A DNA stretch of 64,000 nt from NCBI GenBank assembly GCA_950097015.1, contig CATNEN010000003.1, forward strand, positions 14,942,001-15,006,000. Direction: 5' to 3'. How positions within the stretch are numbered: the stretch's first letter is position 1; each line of letters begins with the position of its first letter. The position numbers and the translations under genes are program-made. Below, piece by piece: positions 12,252-26,700 of this stretch. Source of the stretch: Macrostomum hystrix (Eukaryota > Animalia > Platyhelminthes). The notes beneath the pieces are model-generated. The model was not told where the DNA came from and ran no database searches. It saw only the letters and a list, made by a program, of their open reading frames with translations.

Positions 12252-13799
12252 TATACATATGTTGGACTTTTACGAAAATCGGTCAGTTTGTTTTGTTGGG
12301 AGCTATCGTGAAATAGGCTGTGGGTATTTGAAATACCATCCATCATGGTCATTTCCCAAGGGGGCAAATACGAGCGTAGCGTCGCCTTTCCACTGTTAAC
12401 TGTCATTGAAGCATTGAAACACATTCAACATAAGCATTGAAACATTTTAAAGCATCGAAACATGCATATGACTACACAGAGTTTCCTAACAATCTCTATG
12501 TAATTGTTTACTCTCTTATAATCTATAGATTGCATAACGTACATTAGACGTTTGATTCACTACTCACATGAGTTTATAAAATTCGGGTCACATGGGTCAT
12601 TTATCTGATATAATACGTGGCCAACATTAATTGCGCATGCGATAGATAAGAAAAATTTATTTTTAGTTTGTACAGTTCAACAGGTTTGACCTCGCGCGAG
12701 AGCAACTCGGTTACCAAGTTACTGAAACTGGGGTCAATCTAGGTTGAGTCGAGAGTCATAAGAAAGTATGTGTGCGTCATGCAGTAAAGTTTTAAATGTG
12801 TTAGTTACCATGCACAGCCATGCATGTACTTGCTCCTGTTCAAACCCCATTTCTTTCAGGCAAAATATGAACATACCGAACACTCTGTTGACTTTACATT
12901 GACAGCTGAACACAACGTAATTGACAAGGATCGTGTGTTAAAGAATTGAAGCAATCCTGCAACCAATGTTCGTGTATCAGAAGCATTACTTGTAAAATTG
13001 GAGTGTGTTGTAGTTAACGGAGCAAACCAATGGGTTAAATGCACATTACTTGTTAGCAAAACAAAATGTCTAAATGGGATTTTTTTTGGCTTTAGTCCCC
13101 AGTGACAGGCGCGACAGCTGGCACAGCGCGTTTCATAGTTTTTCATAGTGTAGATTTAATAGAATTGATGGTAAAAAAGTAGTTCCCACGTGGCTGCGAA
13201 GCATAAAAACAATTAACCGTTAAGTAGTTCATGCATTCCGTAAAAATAATCTCCTAAAAATAAAGAAATCAATATTCTGTATTTTAAGGAGAGAAAAAAA
13301 TTTAGGTAAACACTTTTTCGATACTCTACTGACTATCAGCAGAATGTGAAGAATAAAGCCGCTATTTTTAGTTTTTCTTAATACGTCATTTTTCGAAGCC
13401 TAAAACCTTTATATGATCAGAATTAATTTGAAATGTCGCTTGCCTGCTTTAGTGCTCGCAAAAATTGACTTACGTACATTTATTTTAATTACGTGAATTT
13501 ACATTAGTAACTTACTAACATTCAAATCGATAAATTAGTATCATTCTAAGACTTTAAGTCAATTTATATGCTCATCGAGTTGTAGCACGACTTTTAACAA
13601 GACCAGAAATATTTTTTTGAGCAGAAGCCCTACAAGCTGGCGAATGTTGTATCGATGAATCCGCAGTAAGTATGTCCGAAATTACTGCTGCCTGTAGTGA
13701 CTGCGACTGCAGTTTTAACATTCGTGTCCCTCCATGACCATGTTTATGCTGCTAGCTTATTTTTCTTTATAGCCCTGAAATTCTCAACGAAAATTTAAC

Positions 13800-13871
13800 T
13801 CCTCGATAGTATAGTGGTCAGTATCTCCGCCTGTCACGTGGAAGGCCCGGGTTCGATTCCCGGTCGGGGAG
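13800..13871 (+). tRNA. tRNA-Asp (GTC)
   Basis: Acceptor stem TCCTCGA/TCGGGGA, anticodon arm TCCGC-CTGTCAC-GTGGA, T loop GTTCGATTC, poly-T terminator at 13874-13879. Confidence 0.95.
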
Positions 13872-14735
13872 AATTTTTTGTGTGACTAATTAACTTTTTA
13901 CTTTATTTAAGCAGCGCAAATTTTCTTAAGTAAGGTTATCGATATCTACCAGAAGTCTGTAAAATTTTGAATGATTAGAAGAACGTAAAAATTCTACTAC
14001 AACCTATAATTGCAAGTGGCTAAACTGTATTGCCCGATATGTGAAGAAAATGTTGATTCTCAGTTAATCCTAAGAAACCTTTTTGGCTTTACCTGAACAG
14101 TTTTAAATGACTGTTCAAAATAATTATTACAAATTACCACTAACACCGAACTAAGAAATTTTATCAACGAAATACATTCGATAAAAGTACCTTTCTACAA
14201 AGTCTTCTATTTTCTTACAGCAATGTTTTCTTGCGAAGACGCAAAACTCTACTAATCAGTAGCAGTAGAAGTAAATTTACGATGCGATACGAGAGGCCAA
14301 TCTAAAGCGGCTGCAGAGAGTGCAGACAGATAATTTTGAGAGACAGGGCTAGGCGTCAGATGAGATTGGGTAGATGCGAGCATGGGCTAAAAGTGCCGCG
14401 CTTTCCTAATCCCCTTCCTAACTTCCTTTCTTTCTCTCGCCGCCTCCCCCAGCGCTTCCCATCCCGGCCTGCACGCAACGTAGTGTAGCATAGATGCCTC
14501 CCCCTGCAATCGTCGTGACTTCTTTCACCCGATCCTATATCCCAGACCCAGCCCAATAGCTAAAGGCATTCGGGTCTGGCCTCCCCCCCGTCTAGCCGGC
14601 TATAGAATGCAAGCGTTATATCCGAGCCCCAGGTTTTTTTAACCGTCTATCGATACAAAAGTGTCAAAATATAATGAAACTGTACAACATTACCTAGCAA
14701 TCATGTATACAAAGGCTGCCTTAGAATTTCCAACA

Positions 14736-17700
14736 ATGTTCTTCATTCTGCTTCTAGCAGCATGTCCTAGTGTCGTGAGGTCGGTAGACGTGGTAAATGG
14801 CGTCGTTAAAAGCAAGTCTTGCAATTATCACAGGGCTCAGCAGCACTTTAGTCTGGAGACCGCGGGCCTAGATGGCTGTCATCGGCTAGACAGTCTGACA
14901 AAGATCTTCGGTGAGTCTAGCGAGGCCGGCCTCACTAACCGGTACACGGCAACACGGTTTGCAACGGCCAATTTGGTGTTCGTTGGTCGCGCTGTTGAAT
15001 ACGAAAGCGAGGACTCGGCTAAAGTTGAACTGGAATGCTACCTGAAAGGTCGATTGGCCCTGCAGACTCCGTTAGTTACAATGAAAGGTCTGCGACAATC
15101 ATTGTCAGTTTCAGTTTGTCGCGATAGTCGCCTTGAAATTGGTCAGAGAGCTGTCTATTTTGCCACCGCATCACCGAATGCCATCGGTGGCATCGACATT
15201 TGGCTAAATGAGAACGGCTTCGAAGCCAATGTGAACCGTACGTTAGCCTGGCTGAGCTGCTCTGAGAATAGAGACTACTCAACTCTGACAGGCGCCGGTG
15301 ACAATGCGTGCAGTTGGAAGGCATCACCGACGACAGAGAGCAGGTCGGCCATCTGTTCCTCGGTCAGCGTGCCCACCGCAATGCAGCTCCTGACTCAGCT
15401 GGCTAACAACAGCGACGACCTTCGACCGGAGTGCCGCGGCGTCGCTTTGCACAGGCCGGCTTTCGATCCAGCGGTGGCAGCTGCGACAGCTGCCGGTGAG
15501 TGACGGGTCAATGGTGTTTTATGCATTTGACAATGAGAAATCCAGGTCAGATGTACACACCTTTGTAACCATGAGTGTGTGTGTGCTCAGAGGTCAGTGG
15601 AATGAACAGAATTACTCCCTAGACGCGAACATAAAACGCACACAGGCACACGCTCACGCAGGACACAGGTGTTTACATCTGCCCTGACTTACTCATCGTC
15701 CAGGCAGAGTACACTCTCACTGTGCCTTGGAGATTGACCCTCAAGGGCGTAAATTCCCACGTCTTCTCTCCAATTAATATGGCCTCGCTACGGAATCGAG
15801 CTTAGGGACCTTGGTGCGAGAGGCGAACGCGGTAGACGCTCTGCCACTCACTCCCGACCTAAAAATGTATGAAAGAGAAGATTAAGGCAAGAAGACGTGA
15901 AAATTGTATTCTCAAATTTCCAAACCGATCTATTCTGAGGCATATTTTGTGTTGTTCTCGTCTCTTTGCAAATTTTCGATATCAATGGTATTCGATGATC
16001 CATGGACTTTTTAATAAATAGTCATGGGTGAATCATTTTCAAAAATTATGCGCCGATTGCCCGCCTCCGCCACGATCCAGGACTGACCTCTTATCGTCTA
16101 TTCCATCTTCTTCCGTGCATAGTGAAAAAATGCTTTGTGTCAGCCTCGGTCTGAAGACCAATGCGTGTATTGAGGCTATAGAAATAGGACATCCTGTGTG
16201 ACATTGCATGACCTGTCACACTACCAGCCAGGTCAGTTTATTCCTTTAGAAAAGCTTTTATTCCTAAAGATTACTTTTATAAATATGATAAATATAACTT
16301 GAATCACTACGTGTAACTTATTATAGTTATACGTTACACCTACGCTAATTATTATAATTAATTTATAATAATTCACTGATTATCACTTCGCCGATTCCCC
16401 CTTTGCGGATTCCCACTTCGCCGATTCTCACTTGGCCGATTCTCACTTGGCCGATTCCCACTTCGCCGATTCTCACTTGGCCGATTCCCACTTGGCCGAT
16501 TCCCACTTGGCCGATTCCCACTTGGCCGATTCCCACTTGGCCAATTCCCACTTGGCCGATTCCCACTTCGCCTATTCTCATTTGGCCGATTCCCACTTGG
16601 CCGATTCCCACTTGGCCGATTCCCACTTCGCGGATTCTCACTTGGCCGATTCCCACTTGGCCGATTCTTACTTGGCCGATTCCCACTTGGCCGATTCCCA
16701 CTTGGCCAATTCCCACTTGGCCGATTCCCACTTGGCCGATTCTCACTTGGCCAATTCCCACTTGGCCGATTCCCACTTCACCGATTCCCACTTGGCCGAT
16801 TCCCACTTCGCCTATTCTCATTTGGCCGATTCCTATTTGGCCGATTCTCACTTGGCAGATTCTCACTTGTCCGATTCCCACTTGGCCGATTCCCACTTGG
16901 CCGATTCTCACTTGGCCAATTCCCACTTGGCCGATTCCCACTTCACCGATTCCCACTTGGCCGATTCCCACTTCGCCTATTCTCATTTGGCCGATTCCTA
17001 TTTGGCCGATTCTCACTTGGCAGATTCTCACTTGTCCGATTCCCACTTGGCCGATTCCAACTTCGCCGATTCTCACTTCACCGATTCCCACTTGGCCGAT
17101 TCTCACTTGGCCGATTCTCGCTTCGCCCATTCTCACTTGGCCGAATCTTAGATTCGTATTGAACACAAAAAACAGAACCTTCAAATACAGAATCTTTCGG
17201 ACTGGTTAGCAATCTGCTATTTTCGATTTGCATGCAAATATCCCCATAGGATATGTCTAACATATTAAATCGAACAAATTGTTTGCAAATGCACATATAT
17301 CCAATCAATAAAGGAAAAATAAGAATACTTAATGGATAAATTCTATTGACATCTTCGCCAAAATCTTCTTACTGTCTCCTCTTGTCTCTGGAGTGTCGGT
17401 AAAATTCAATTTGAATAGAAATCAAATCATGAACTTTATATTATCCCCATATTAGGGGAAATATCTGCTGCATAATGTCGCCAACCTCTTCACATCAAGA
17501 GCCGCTTAACTGCACACTCGATTGACCTCGCTAAGAATGCGAATGAAAAAAAATTTATGCTAATTTTTCGTTTTATGGAAACACATATATTACACTGCTT
17601 TGCATTTCTGTGTGCTTCTACAAAAATTTCACACCTTAAATCCTATATTAGTAGACATTTTTTGTCAGGTGTACAAAAATAAGGTTTTTTGAGTTACATC

Positions 17701-20700
17701 CCCTTTCTGCATCAAGCCCTTTCAGTCAAGTGAGGAGTGAAATTTCGAAAAAATGAAACTTCCGTTAAAGCAAGTTTTAGAGGAGTGACATTATAGAATA
17801 GTGACATTTTGACAGAGTGACATTTCAATAATCTACGACATTTCAGAAGAGCGACATTATAGAAGAGTGACATTTTAGAAAAATGACATTTTAGAAAAAT
17901 GACATTTTAGAAGAGTGACACTCTATAAGAGTGACATTATGTAAGAGTGACATTCTAGAAGAGTGACATTTTAGAAGAGTGACATTTTAGAAGAGTGACA
18001 TATTAGAAGAGTGACATTTTAGAAGAGTGACATTTTAGAAGAGTGACATTTTAGAAGAGTGGCATTTTAGAAGAGTAACATTTTAGAAGAGTGACATTTT
18101 AGAAGAATGACATTTCAGAAGAGTGACATTTTAGAAGAGTGACACTCTATAAGAGTGACATTATGTAAGAGTGACATTATAGAAGAGTGACATTTTAGAA
18201 GAGGGACATTCCAGAAGAGTGACATTTTAGAAGAGTGACATTTTAGAAGAGTGACATTTTAGAGGAGTGACATTTTAGAAGAGTGACATTTCAGTAGAGT
18301 GACATTCTAGAAGAGTGACATTTTAGAAAAATGACATTTTAGAAAAATGACATTTTAGAAGAGTGACACTCTATAAGAGTGACATTATGTAAGAGTGACA
18401 TTCTAGAAGAGTGACATTTTAGAAGAGTGACATTTTAGAAGAGTGACATATTAGAAGAGTGACATTTTAGAAGAGTGACATTTTAGAAGAGTGACATTTT
18501 AGAAGAGTGGCATTTTAGAAGAGTAACATTTTAGAAGAATGACATTTTAGAAGAGTGACATTTTAGAAGAGTGACACTCTATAAGAGTGACATTATGTAA
18601 GAGTGACATTATAGAAGAGTGACATTTTAGAAGAGGGACATTCCAGAAGAGTGACATTTTAGAAGAGTGACATTCTAGAAGAGTGACATTTTAGAAGAGT
18701 GACATTTTAGAAGAGTGACATTTTAGAAGAGTGACATTTTAGAAGAATGACATTTTAGAAGAGTGACATTTTAGAAGAGTGACGTTAATAGAAGAATGAC
18801 ATTTTAGAAGAGTGACGTTAATAGAAGAATGACATTTTAGAAGAGTGACATTTTAGAAGAGTGACAATTTAGAAGAGTGTCATTTTAGAAGAGTGACATT
18901 TTAGAAGAGTGGCATTTTAGAAGAGTGACATTTTAGAAGAGTGATTTTTATAACTTTTTCTAGTTATGAATTTTTGATGAGCGAAATATCAAAAATCCAT
19001 AACGAAAACCTATTTTTATCCGATAATCATAATTATAGCGGTTCTAACAGCGCAATTACTTTGTAACATCGTCTGTAACACATCAGCGGAAACATATATA
19101 TTCACACTGCTTCAAGAATATTTATTGTCAGTATAAATTATATAATATAGAAATAGTAACGATGAAAACGATAAACAGCTAGCTGAATGTGCTAGCTAGG
19201 CATAGGAGAAAAGAAAGTAAAAACTAGAAGAAGATTGATTTAGAAAAAAGAAGAGAGAATATATTTTTCCTACCCTGTCTTTGGCTTCATATAATTAATT
19301 GGTTGATGGCACCAGCTTTCTGTAAGGGATTTTTCTGGATTACGTAACGCATCACTTTGCTCGATTTCTGTACGGTTCTTTCTCGAACGCGACCTGTTTT
19401 AACGGATCGTCTCTGCTCTGCATCTACTTTGGCACTGGGGGGGAAGAAGAGGGGAGGAATTGTTTATAGACTCTGGAGGAGCTGGAGGGAGCTATAGGGG
19501 ACGAAGAGCTGGGACATGAGAAGTTTCTGACATGCCATGCGGTCAAAATTAAATATTGACTCACGAGAATAGGGGGGGATTTTCAAGTTCGAATAGAATA
19601 GTCTTCTTCCATCTATTTTCTTCTGGTAATCGGATAACTATATATGTGAAGCATTTTCTAGTCCTTTATATCGTTTGTCAGTCCTCAACAAAAATATCTT
19701 TTTTTTATCAACAGTAGCGCCCTTGTCTCTACAGAGGACTGAGAAACAATTAAACGGCTCGAAAAAAACAATACGATTAGACCTATAGAATACTGTTTCA
19801 TCTTTCCCCTGTCTCATCTCCCCCGTGTGTCAGCTCTCCCGTGTCTCATCTCTCCATTGTCTCATCTCTCCCGTGTCTCATCTCTCCATTGTCTCGTCTC
19901 TCCCGTGTCTCATCTCTCCCGTGTCTTATCTTTCCGATGTCTAGTCTCTCCCGTGCCTTATCTCTCCTTTCTCTCACCTCTCCCGTGTCTTATCTCTCCC
20001 GTGTCTCATCTCTCCCGTGTCTCATCTCTCCCGTGTCTTATCTTTCCGTTGTCTAGTCTCTCCCGTGCCTTATCTCTCCTTTCTCTCACCTCTCCCGTGT
20101 CTTATCTCTCCCGTGTCTCGTCTCTCCCGTGTCTCATCACTCCCGTGTGTCATCTCTCCCGTGTCTCATGTCTCGATTGTCTCATCTCTCCCGTGTCTCA
20201 TGTCTCGATTGTCTCATCTCTCCCGTGTCTCATGTCTTGATTGTCTCATCTCTCCCGTGTCTCATGTCTCGATTGTCTCATCTCTCCCGTGTCTCATGTC
20301 TCGATTGTCTCATCTCTCCCGTGTCTCATGTCTCGATTGTCTCATCTCTCCCGTGTCTCATGTCTCGATTGTCTCATCTCTCCCGTGTCTCATGTCTCGA
20401 TTGTCTCATCTCTCCCGTGTCTCATGTCTCGATTGTCTCATCTCTCCCGTGTCTCATGTCTCGATTGTCTCATCTCTCCCGTGTCTCATGTCTCGATTGT
20501 CTCATCTCTCCCGTGTCTCATGTCTCGATTGTCTCATCTCTCCCGTGTCTCATGTCTCGATTGTCTCATCTCTCCCGTGTCTCATGTCTCGATTGTCTCA
20601 TCTCTCCCGTGTCTCATGTCTCGATTGTCTCATCTCTCCCGTGTCTCATGTCTCGATTGTCTCATCTCTCCCGTGTCTCATGCCTCGATTGTCTCATCTC

Positions 20701-23700
20701 TCCCGTGTCTCATGTCTCGATTGTCTCATCTCTCCCGTGTCTCATGTCTCGATTGTCTCATCTCTCCCGTGTCTCATGTCTCGATTGTCTCATCTCTCCC
20801 GTGTCTCATGTCTCGATTGTCTCATCTCTCCCGTGTCTCATGTCTCGATTGTCTCATCTCTCCCGTGTCTCGTCTATCTCGATCGTGTCTCGTCTATCTC
20901 GATCGTGTCTCGTCTATCTCGATCGTGTCTCATCTCTCCTTTGTCTTATTTCTTCCCTGTCTCAAATCCCCGTCATATCTTCTCTGTCTCATCTCTCTCG
21001 TGTCTCATCTCTATCCTAACTCTTGATATATTTCTCTAATACTTAATAAAAATAGCCGATAGGCCGGGCCAAGCAGGGATTTAATAGAAGTCCTAGGCTT
21101 CGTCAAACCATTGAATGAATGCAAAAAGTGGAGGATTTTGCCATAGACATAGAATATCTGGCCTCGAGGAAAGCTCAGACTGCTATTTTTGAATTTAATG
21201 CTAAAATTATTGTCTGTGTTTTAATGAAAGGGTAATTTTCAGTGTTTTTTTCTGGTGTGTTGTTTTGAAGTTTTGGTAGTCTCTTCCCCGACTATCTTAA
21301 AAAGGCTGTGTAACAACATCAAAGCTTTCCTTCTTTTGCCTCTTCTATATCTTGTCCTCTAATTCCCCAGTTGTCAGAAGCAACTTGGAGCAGTGCAAGA
21401 AAAGAATCCTCATCTTCTTATAGGCATGCAGAAGAAAGAAAAGCAAGACTCGTTTCCACTATCTTTTTTTCGACCCTCTTGACCCCGGATGAACCCCCAC
21501 GGGATAGAAGCGGTATAGAGTTGGGGGCAATGTGTAGAATGGGGAATAGAAAGATTGAGTCTATTCTCACTGCATTCATGGGTCTTGACATCGCTGCTGT
21601 TTCCTCCACTATAGAATTCCATAGCCATTTTTTAACTTACGTGACACGCCCCTTGGTGCCGCGACTACATGTAGCAAGCCTAAATTCCTTTCTAGCTTCT
21701 TCATCGACAATTTATAATGTTAGCTGTCAGTTGCATTGCTTCCAGGGCTGTTCCCTCTCTCTTAATGAAATTCTTGGCAATTTGTCTTATTTTAGTACGA
21801 GAATTTTAGTACTGTCTGTATCATCTATCTGCCTGTCTGTATCATCTATCTGCCTGTCTGTATCATCTATCTGCCTGTCTGTATCATCTATCTGCCTGTC
21901 TGTATCATCTATCTGCCTGTCTGTATCATCTATCTGTCTGTCTGTATCATCTATCTGTCTGTCTGTATCATCTATCTGCCTGTCTGTATCATCTATCTGC
22001 CTGTCTGTATCATCTATCTGTCTGTCTGTTTCATCTATCTGTCTGTCTGTTTCATCTATTTGTCTGTCTGTTTCATCTATCTGCCTGTCTGTATCATCTA
22101 TCTGCCTGTCTGTATCATCTATCTGTCTGTCTGTATCATCTATCTGTCTGTCTGTATCATCTATCTGCCTGTCTGTATCATCTATCTGCCTGTCTGTATC
22201 ATCTATCTGTCTGTCTGTTTCATCTATCTGTCTGTCTGTTTCATCTATTTGTCTGTCTGTTTCATCTATCTGCCTGTCTGTTTCATCTATCTGCCTTTCC
22301 GTACGAAGTCTCCATGATTTTAATTATTATTATTTTAATCTCGAAGTTTCCATGCCTCACATACCGTTTCTTATAACTGCTTATTTAGAAAACCAATATC
22401 TTTAATCTTGTAATATGGATTCTTAGAAATCGTGTACATTTAGGCAATTTTCGAAATATGATTTGTTAGAACTTTCACATTTTATAATCCCGTTTCTTAG
22501 AAATAAATTAAGCAGCAACACACACAAGCACATGTACTCGTATTACTAGTGTTTTCCTGTCCCAATGATTGCAAATCTAGCCCACAGCATTTCCCCTATG
22601 GATATCATTCTTCCCTAATGCATTCTTGGTGCCATCACATGCTTGGACACTATTCCCATTTTAGCGACATTTAGTCCTAAAGCGAGGCCAAAAACTTGTG
22701 TGTGGATCTACACAGTACTATTATCTATATACTGTCGTATCGCTCACTGGCTTCACCCAAATGGTAACATCTGCGACAGAAGAATTTTAAAGAATCCATT
22801 TTAAAATAATTCAGCTCATTTCAAATCATGACTTGAAATCTAAAATCATTTTAACAGGCTTCCGTAATCGAAAGAAAATGCACTATAGCTTTTAACAGTA
22901 GAAATACCACACTATTTTACCCCTGGGGAAGACCACGGGATATTTCAATACTTCAGTTTTCAACTGAAGCCTTCAAGTAATGATGTCTCTCTCTAGCGTC
23001 GTGTGAGTAGTAAGGGAAGCTATATTTTTATGGTATGCCGATTTCGAGTCATATTTCACCTATATCTAACAGACCCTCTGTTTATTATTAACGAATTATC
23101 CCATCGTTACTAAACTCTCCCATCTTTACTGAATTCTCCCATCGTTACTAAATTATCCCATCGTTACTAAATTCTCCGATCTTTACTGAATTCTCCCATC
23201 CTTACTAAATTCTCCCATCGATACTAAATTCTCCCATCGTTACTAAATTCTCCCATCGTTACTAAATTCTCCGATCTTTACTGAATTCTCCCATCCTTAC
23301 TAAATTCTCCCATCGATAATAAATTCTCCGATCTTTACTAAATTCTCCCATCGTTACTAAATTCTCGCATTGTTAATAATTTCTCCCATCGTTACTGAAT
23401 TCTCCCATAATTACTGAGTTCTCTCATCGTTACTAAATTCTCTCATCGTTACTAAATTCTCTCATCGTTACTAAATTCTCCCATCGTTACTGAATTCTCC
23501 GATCGTTTCGGAATTCTCCAATCGTTACTAAATTCTCCCATCGTTACTAAATTCTCCCATCGTTACTGAATTCTCCCATCGTTACTAAATTCTCCCATCG
23601 TTACTAAATTCTCCCATCGTTACTAAATTCTCCAATCGTTAACTAAATTCTCTCATCGTTACTAAATTCTCCAATCGTTACTAAATTCTCCCATCGTTAT

Positions 23701-26700
23701 TAAATTCTCCCATCGTTACTGAATTCTCCCATCGTTACTGAATTCTCTCATCGTTACTAAATTCTCCAATCGTTAACTAAATTCTCTCATCATTACTAAA
23801 TTCTCCAATCGTTAACTAAATTCTCTCATCATTACTAAATTCTCCAATCGTTACTAAATTCTCCCATCGTTACTAAATTCTCCCATCGTTACTAAATTCT
23901 CCCATCGTTACTAAATTCTCCCATCGTTACTAAATTCTCCCATCGTTACTAAATTCTCCAATCGTTAACTAAATTCTCTCATCGTTACTAAATTCTCCAA
24001 TCGTTACTAAATTCTCCCATCGTTATTGAATTCTCCCATCGTTACTGAATTCTCCCATCGTTACTGAATTCTCTCATCGTTACTAAATTCTCCAATCGTT
24101 AACTAAATTCTCTCATCATTACTAAATTCTCCAATCGTTAACTAAATTCTCTCATCGTTACTGAATTCTCCCATCGTTACTGAATTCTCCCATCGTTACT
24201 GAATTCTCTCATCGTTACTAAATTCTCCAATCGTTAACTAAATTCTCCCATCGTTACTAAATTCTTTCATCGTTACTGAATTCTCCCTTCGTTACTGAAT
24301 TCTCAAATCGTTACTAAATTCTCAAATCGTTACTAAATTCTCCCATCGTTACTAAATTCTCCCATCGTTACTAAATTCTCCCATCGTTATTGAATTCTCC
24401 CATCGTTACTGAATTCTCCCATCGTTACTGAATTCTCTCATTCTCTCAATTCTCTCGCCCCTTATGTCACCGCTATCCGCCCCTTATGTCACCGCTATCC
24501 GCCCCTTATCTCACCGCTATCCGCCCCTTATCTCACCGCTATCCACCCCTTATGTCACCACTATCCCCCCCTTATCTCACCACTATCCGCCCCTTATCTC
24601 GCCACTAACCGCCCTTTATTTCACCACCCTCCGCCCCTTTATTTCACCACTATCCGCCCCTTTTCTCACCACTATCCGCCCTTTATTTCACCACTATCCG
24701 CCCTTTATTTCACCACTATCCGCCCCTTTTCTCACCACTATCCGCCCTTTATTTCACCACTATCCGCCCCTTATTTCACCACTATCCGCCCCTTATTTCA
24801 CCACTATCCGCCCCTTATTTCACCACTATCCGCCCTTTATTTCACCACTATCCGCCCTTTATTTCACCACTATCCGCCCCTTATTTCACCACTATCCGCC
24901 CTTTATTTCACCACTATCCGCCCTTTATTTCACCACTATCCGCCCCTTATTTCACCACTATCCGCCCTTTATTTCACCACTATCCGCCCCTTATTTCACC
25001 ACTATCCGCCCTTTATTTCACCACTATCCGCCCTTTATTTCACCACTATCCGCCCTTTATTTCACCACTATCCGCCCCTTATTTCACCACTATCCGCCCC
25101 TTATTTCACCACTATCCGCCCTTTATTTCACCACTATCCGCCCCTTATTTCACCACTATCCGCCCTTTATTTCACCACTATCCGCCCCTTATTTCACCAC
25201 TATCCGCCCCTTTTCTCACCACTATCCGCCCCTTTTCTCACCACTATCCGCCCCTTATCTATCCGCCCCTCACTTCTCTCTCCGCCCTTTACCTAACCCC
25301 TCTTTCCTCTCCTCTCTACAGACATATTTTTCTGTCTCTACATCTTAAAAGTACCCGCTAACGGAAAGACGGATGTACTTGTTATTTTATTCTTAGAATA
25401 AAATTCTACGGATTCACTACAGACCCTTATCGGGGATTACTTATCGTGGGATTTTTTTCATTAATTTTCCAGTTCCTACCATGCCTAGCATAGTAAGCCC
25501 TTTTACTATCAGTGCTTAGTCACGTATACCCAAGATTTTCGTGTGCACGGAGTTTATCTAAGACTGTCAACCCACAACAGTACGAATCTCCACAATGTTC
25601 TTCTTATAGGGACACGATTTATCCTTCTCTTCCCTTATCGATGCTGTTCTGAACCAAATGCTTAACGAAAATCCGTCATTACAATTATCCTTAATGGTTT
25701 GCCTTCAATCTCATGTCTCGCAAAAAGGCTAGCTAACGAAACTTATATTGCTATTTTTATTAAAAAATTAACTTTTTTATATATGAAGAAATGTGCCTGA
25801 ACTGAAGTTTGCAGTTTGAACTGAAATAAACTGAAGTTTGGGGGCTGACAGGATAGGAGACTGATCCCTGGAGGATTGGAGGCTGACACCCTGAAGGATT
25901 GGAGGCTGACACCCTAAAGTGTTCGAGGCTGACACCCTGAAGTATTGGAGGCTGACACCCTGAAGTATTGGAGGCTGACACCCTGAAGGATTGGAGGCTG
26001 ACACCCTGAAGGATTGGAGGCTGACATCCTGAAGGATTGGAGGCTGACACCCTGAAGGATTGGGCGCTGACACCCTGAAGGATTGGAGGCTGACACCCTG
26101 AAGGATTGGAGGCTGACACCCTGAAGTATTGGAGGCTGACACCCTGAAGGATTGGAGGCTGACACCCTGAAGGATTGGAGGCTGACACCCTGAAGGATTG
26201 GAGGCTGACACCCTGAAGTATTGGAGGCTGACACCCTGGAGGATTGGAGGCTGACATCTAAATTATTGGAGGCTGACACCCTGAAGGATTGGAGGCTGAC
26301 ATCTAAATTATTGGAGGCTGACACCCTGAAGGATTGGGCGCTGACACCCTGAAGGATCGGAGGCTGACACCCTGAAGGATTGGAGGCTGACACCCTGAAG
26401 GATTGGAGGCTGACATCTAAATTATTGGAGGCTGACACCCTGAAGGATTGGAGGCTGACACCCTGAAGGATTGGAGGCTGACACCCTGAAGGATTGGAGG
26501 CTGACACCCTGAAGGATTGGAGGCTGACATCTAAATTATTGGAGGCTGACACCCTGAAGGATTGGAGGCTGACATCTAAATTATTGGAGGCTGACACCCT
26601 GAAGGATTGGAGGCTGACACCCTGAAGGATTGGAGGCTGACGCCCTGAAGGATTGGGCGCTGACACCCTGAAGGATTGGGCGCTGACACCCTGAATGATT

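Larger units (their letters stand above)
19300..25760 (-). mobile_element. Heavily decayed Ty3/gypsy pol remnant (integrase, possibly RNase H) split by four minisatellites
   Basis: Minus-strand fragments occur in the correct order: HLG (~22760), SFWPR (~22690), MLWARFAIIG (~22575), VHVLVCV..FISK (~22520), GNFE (~22345). Many stops and frameshifts; outer limits approximate. Confidence 0.55.

Noticed and set aside
12856-13146. Exon-like block
   Set aside because: No recognisable domain, an in-frame stop on the + strand and no partner exons found.
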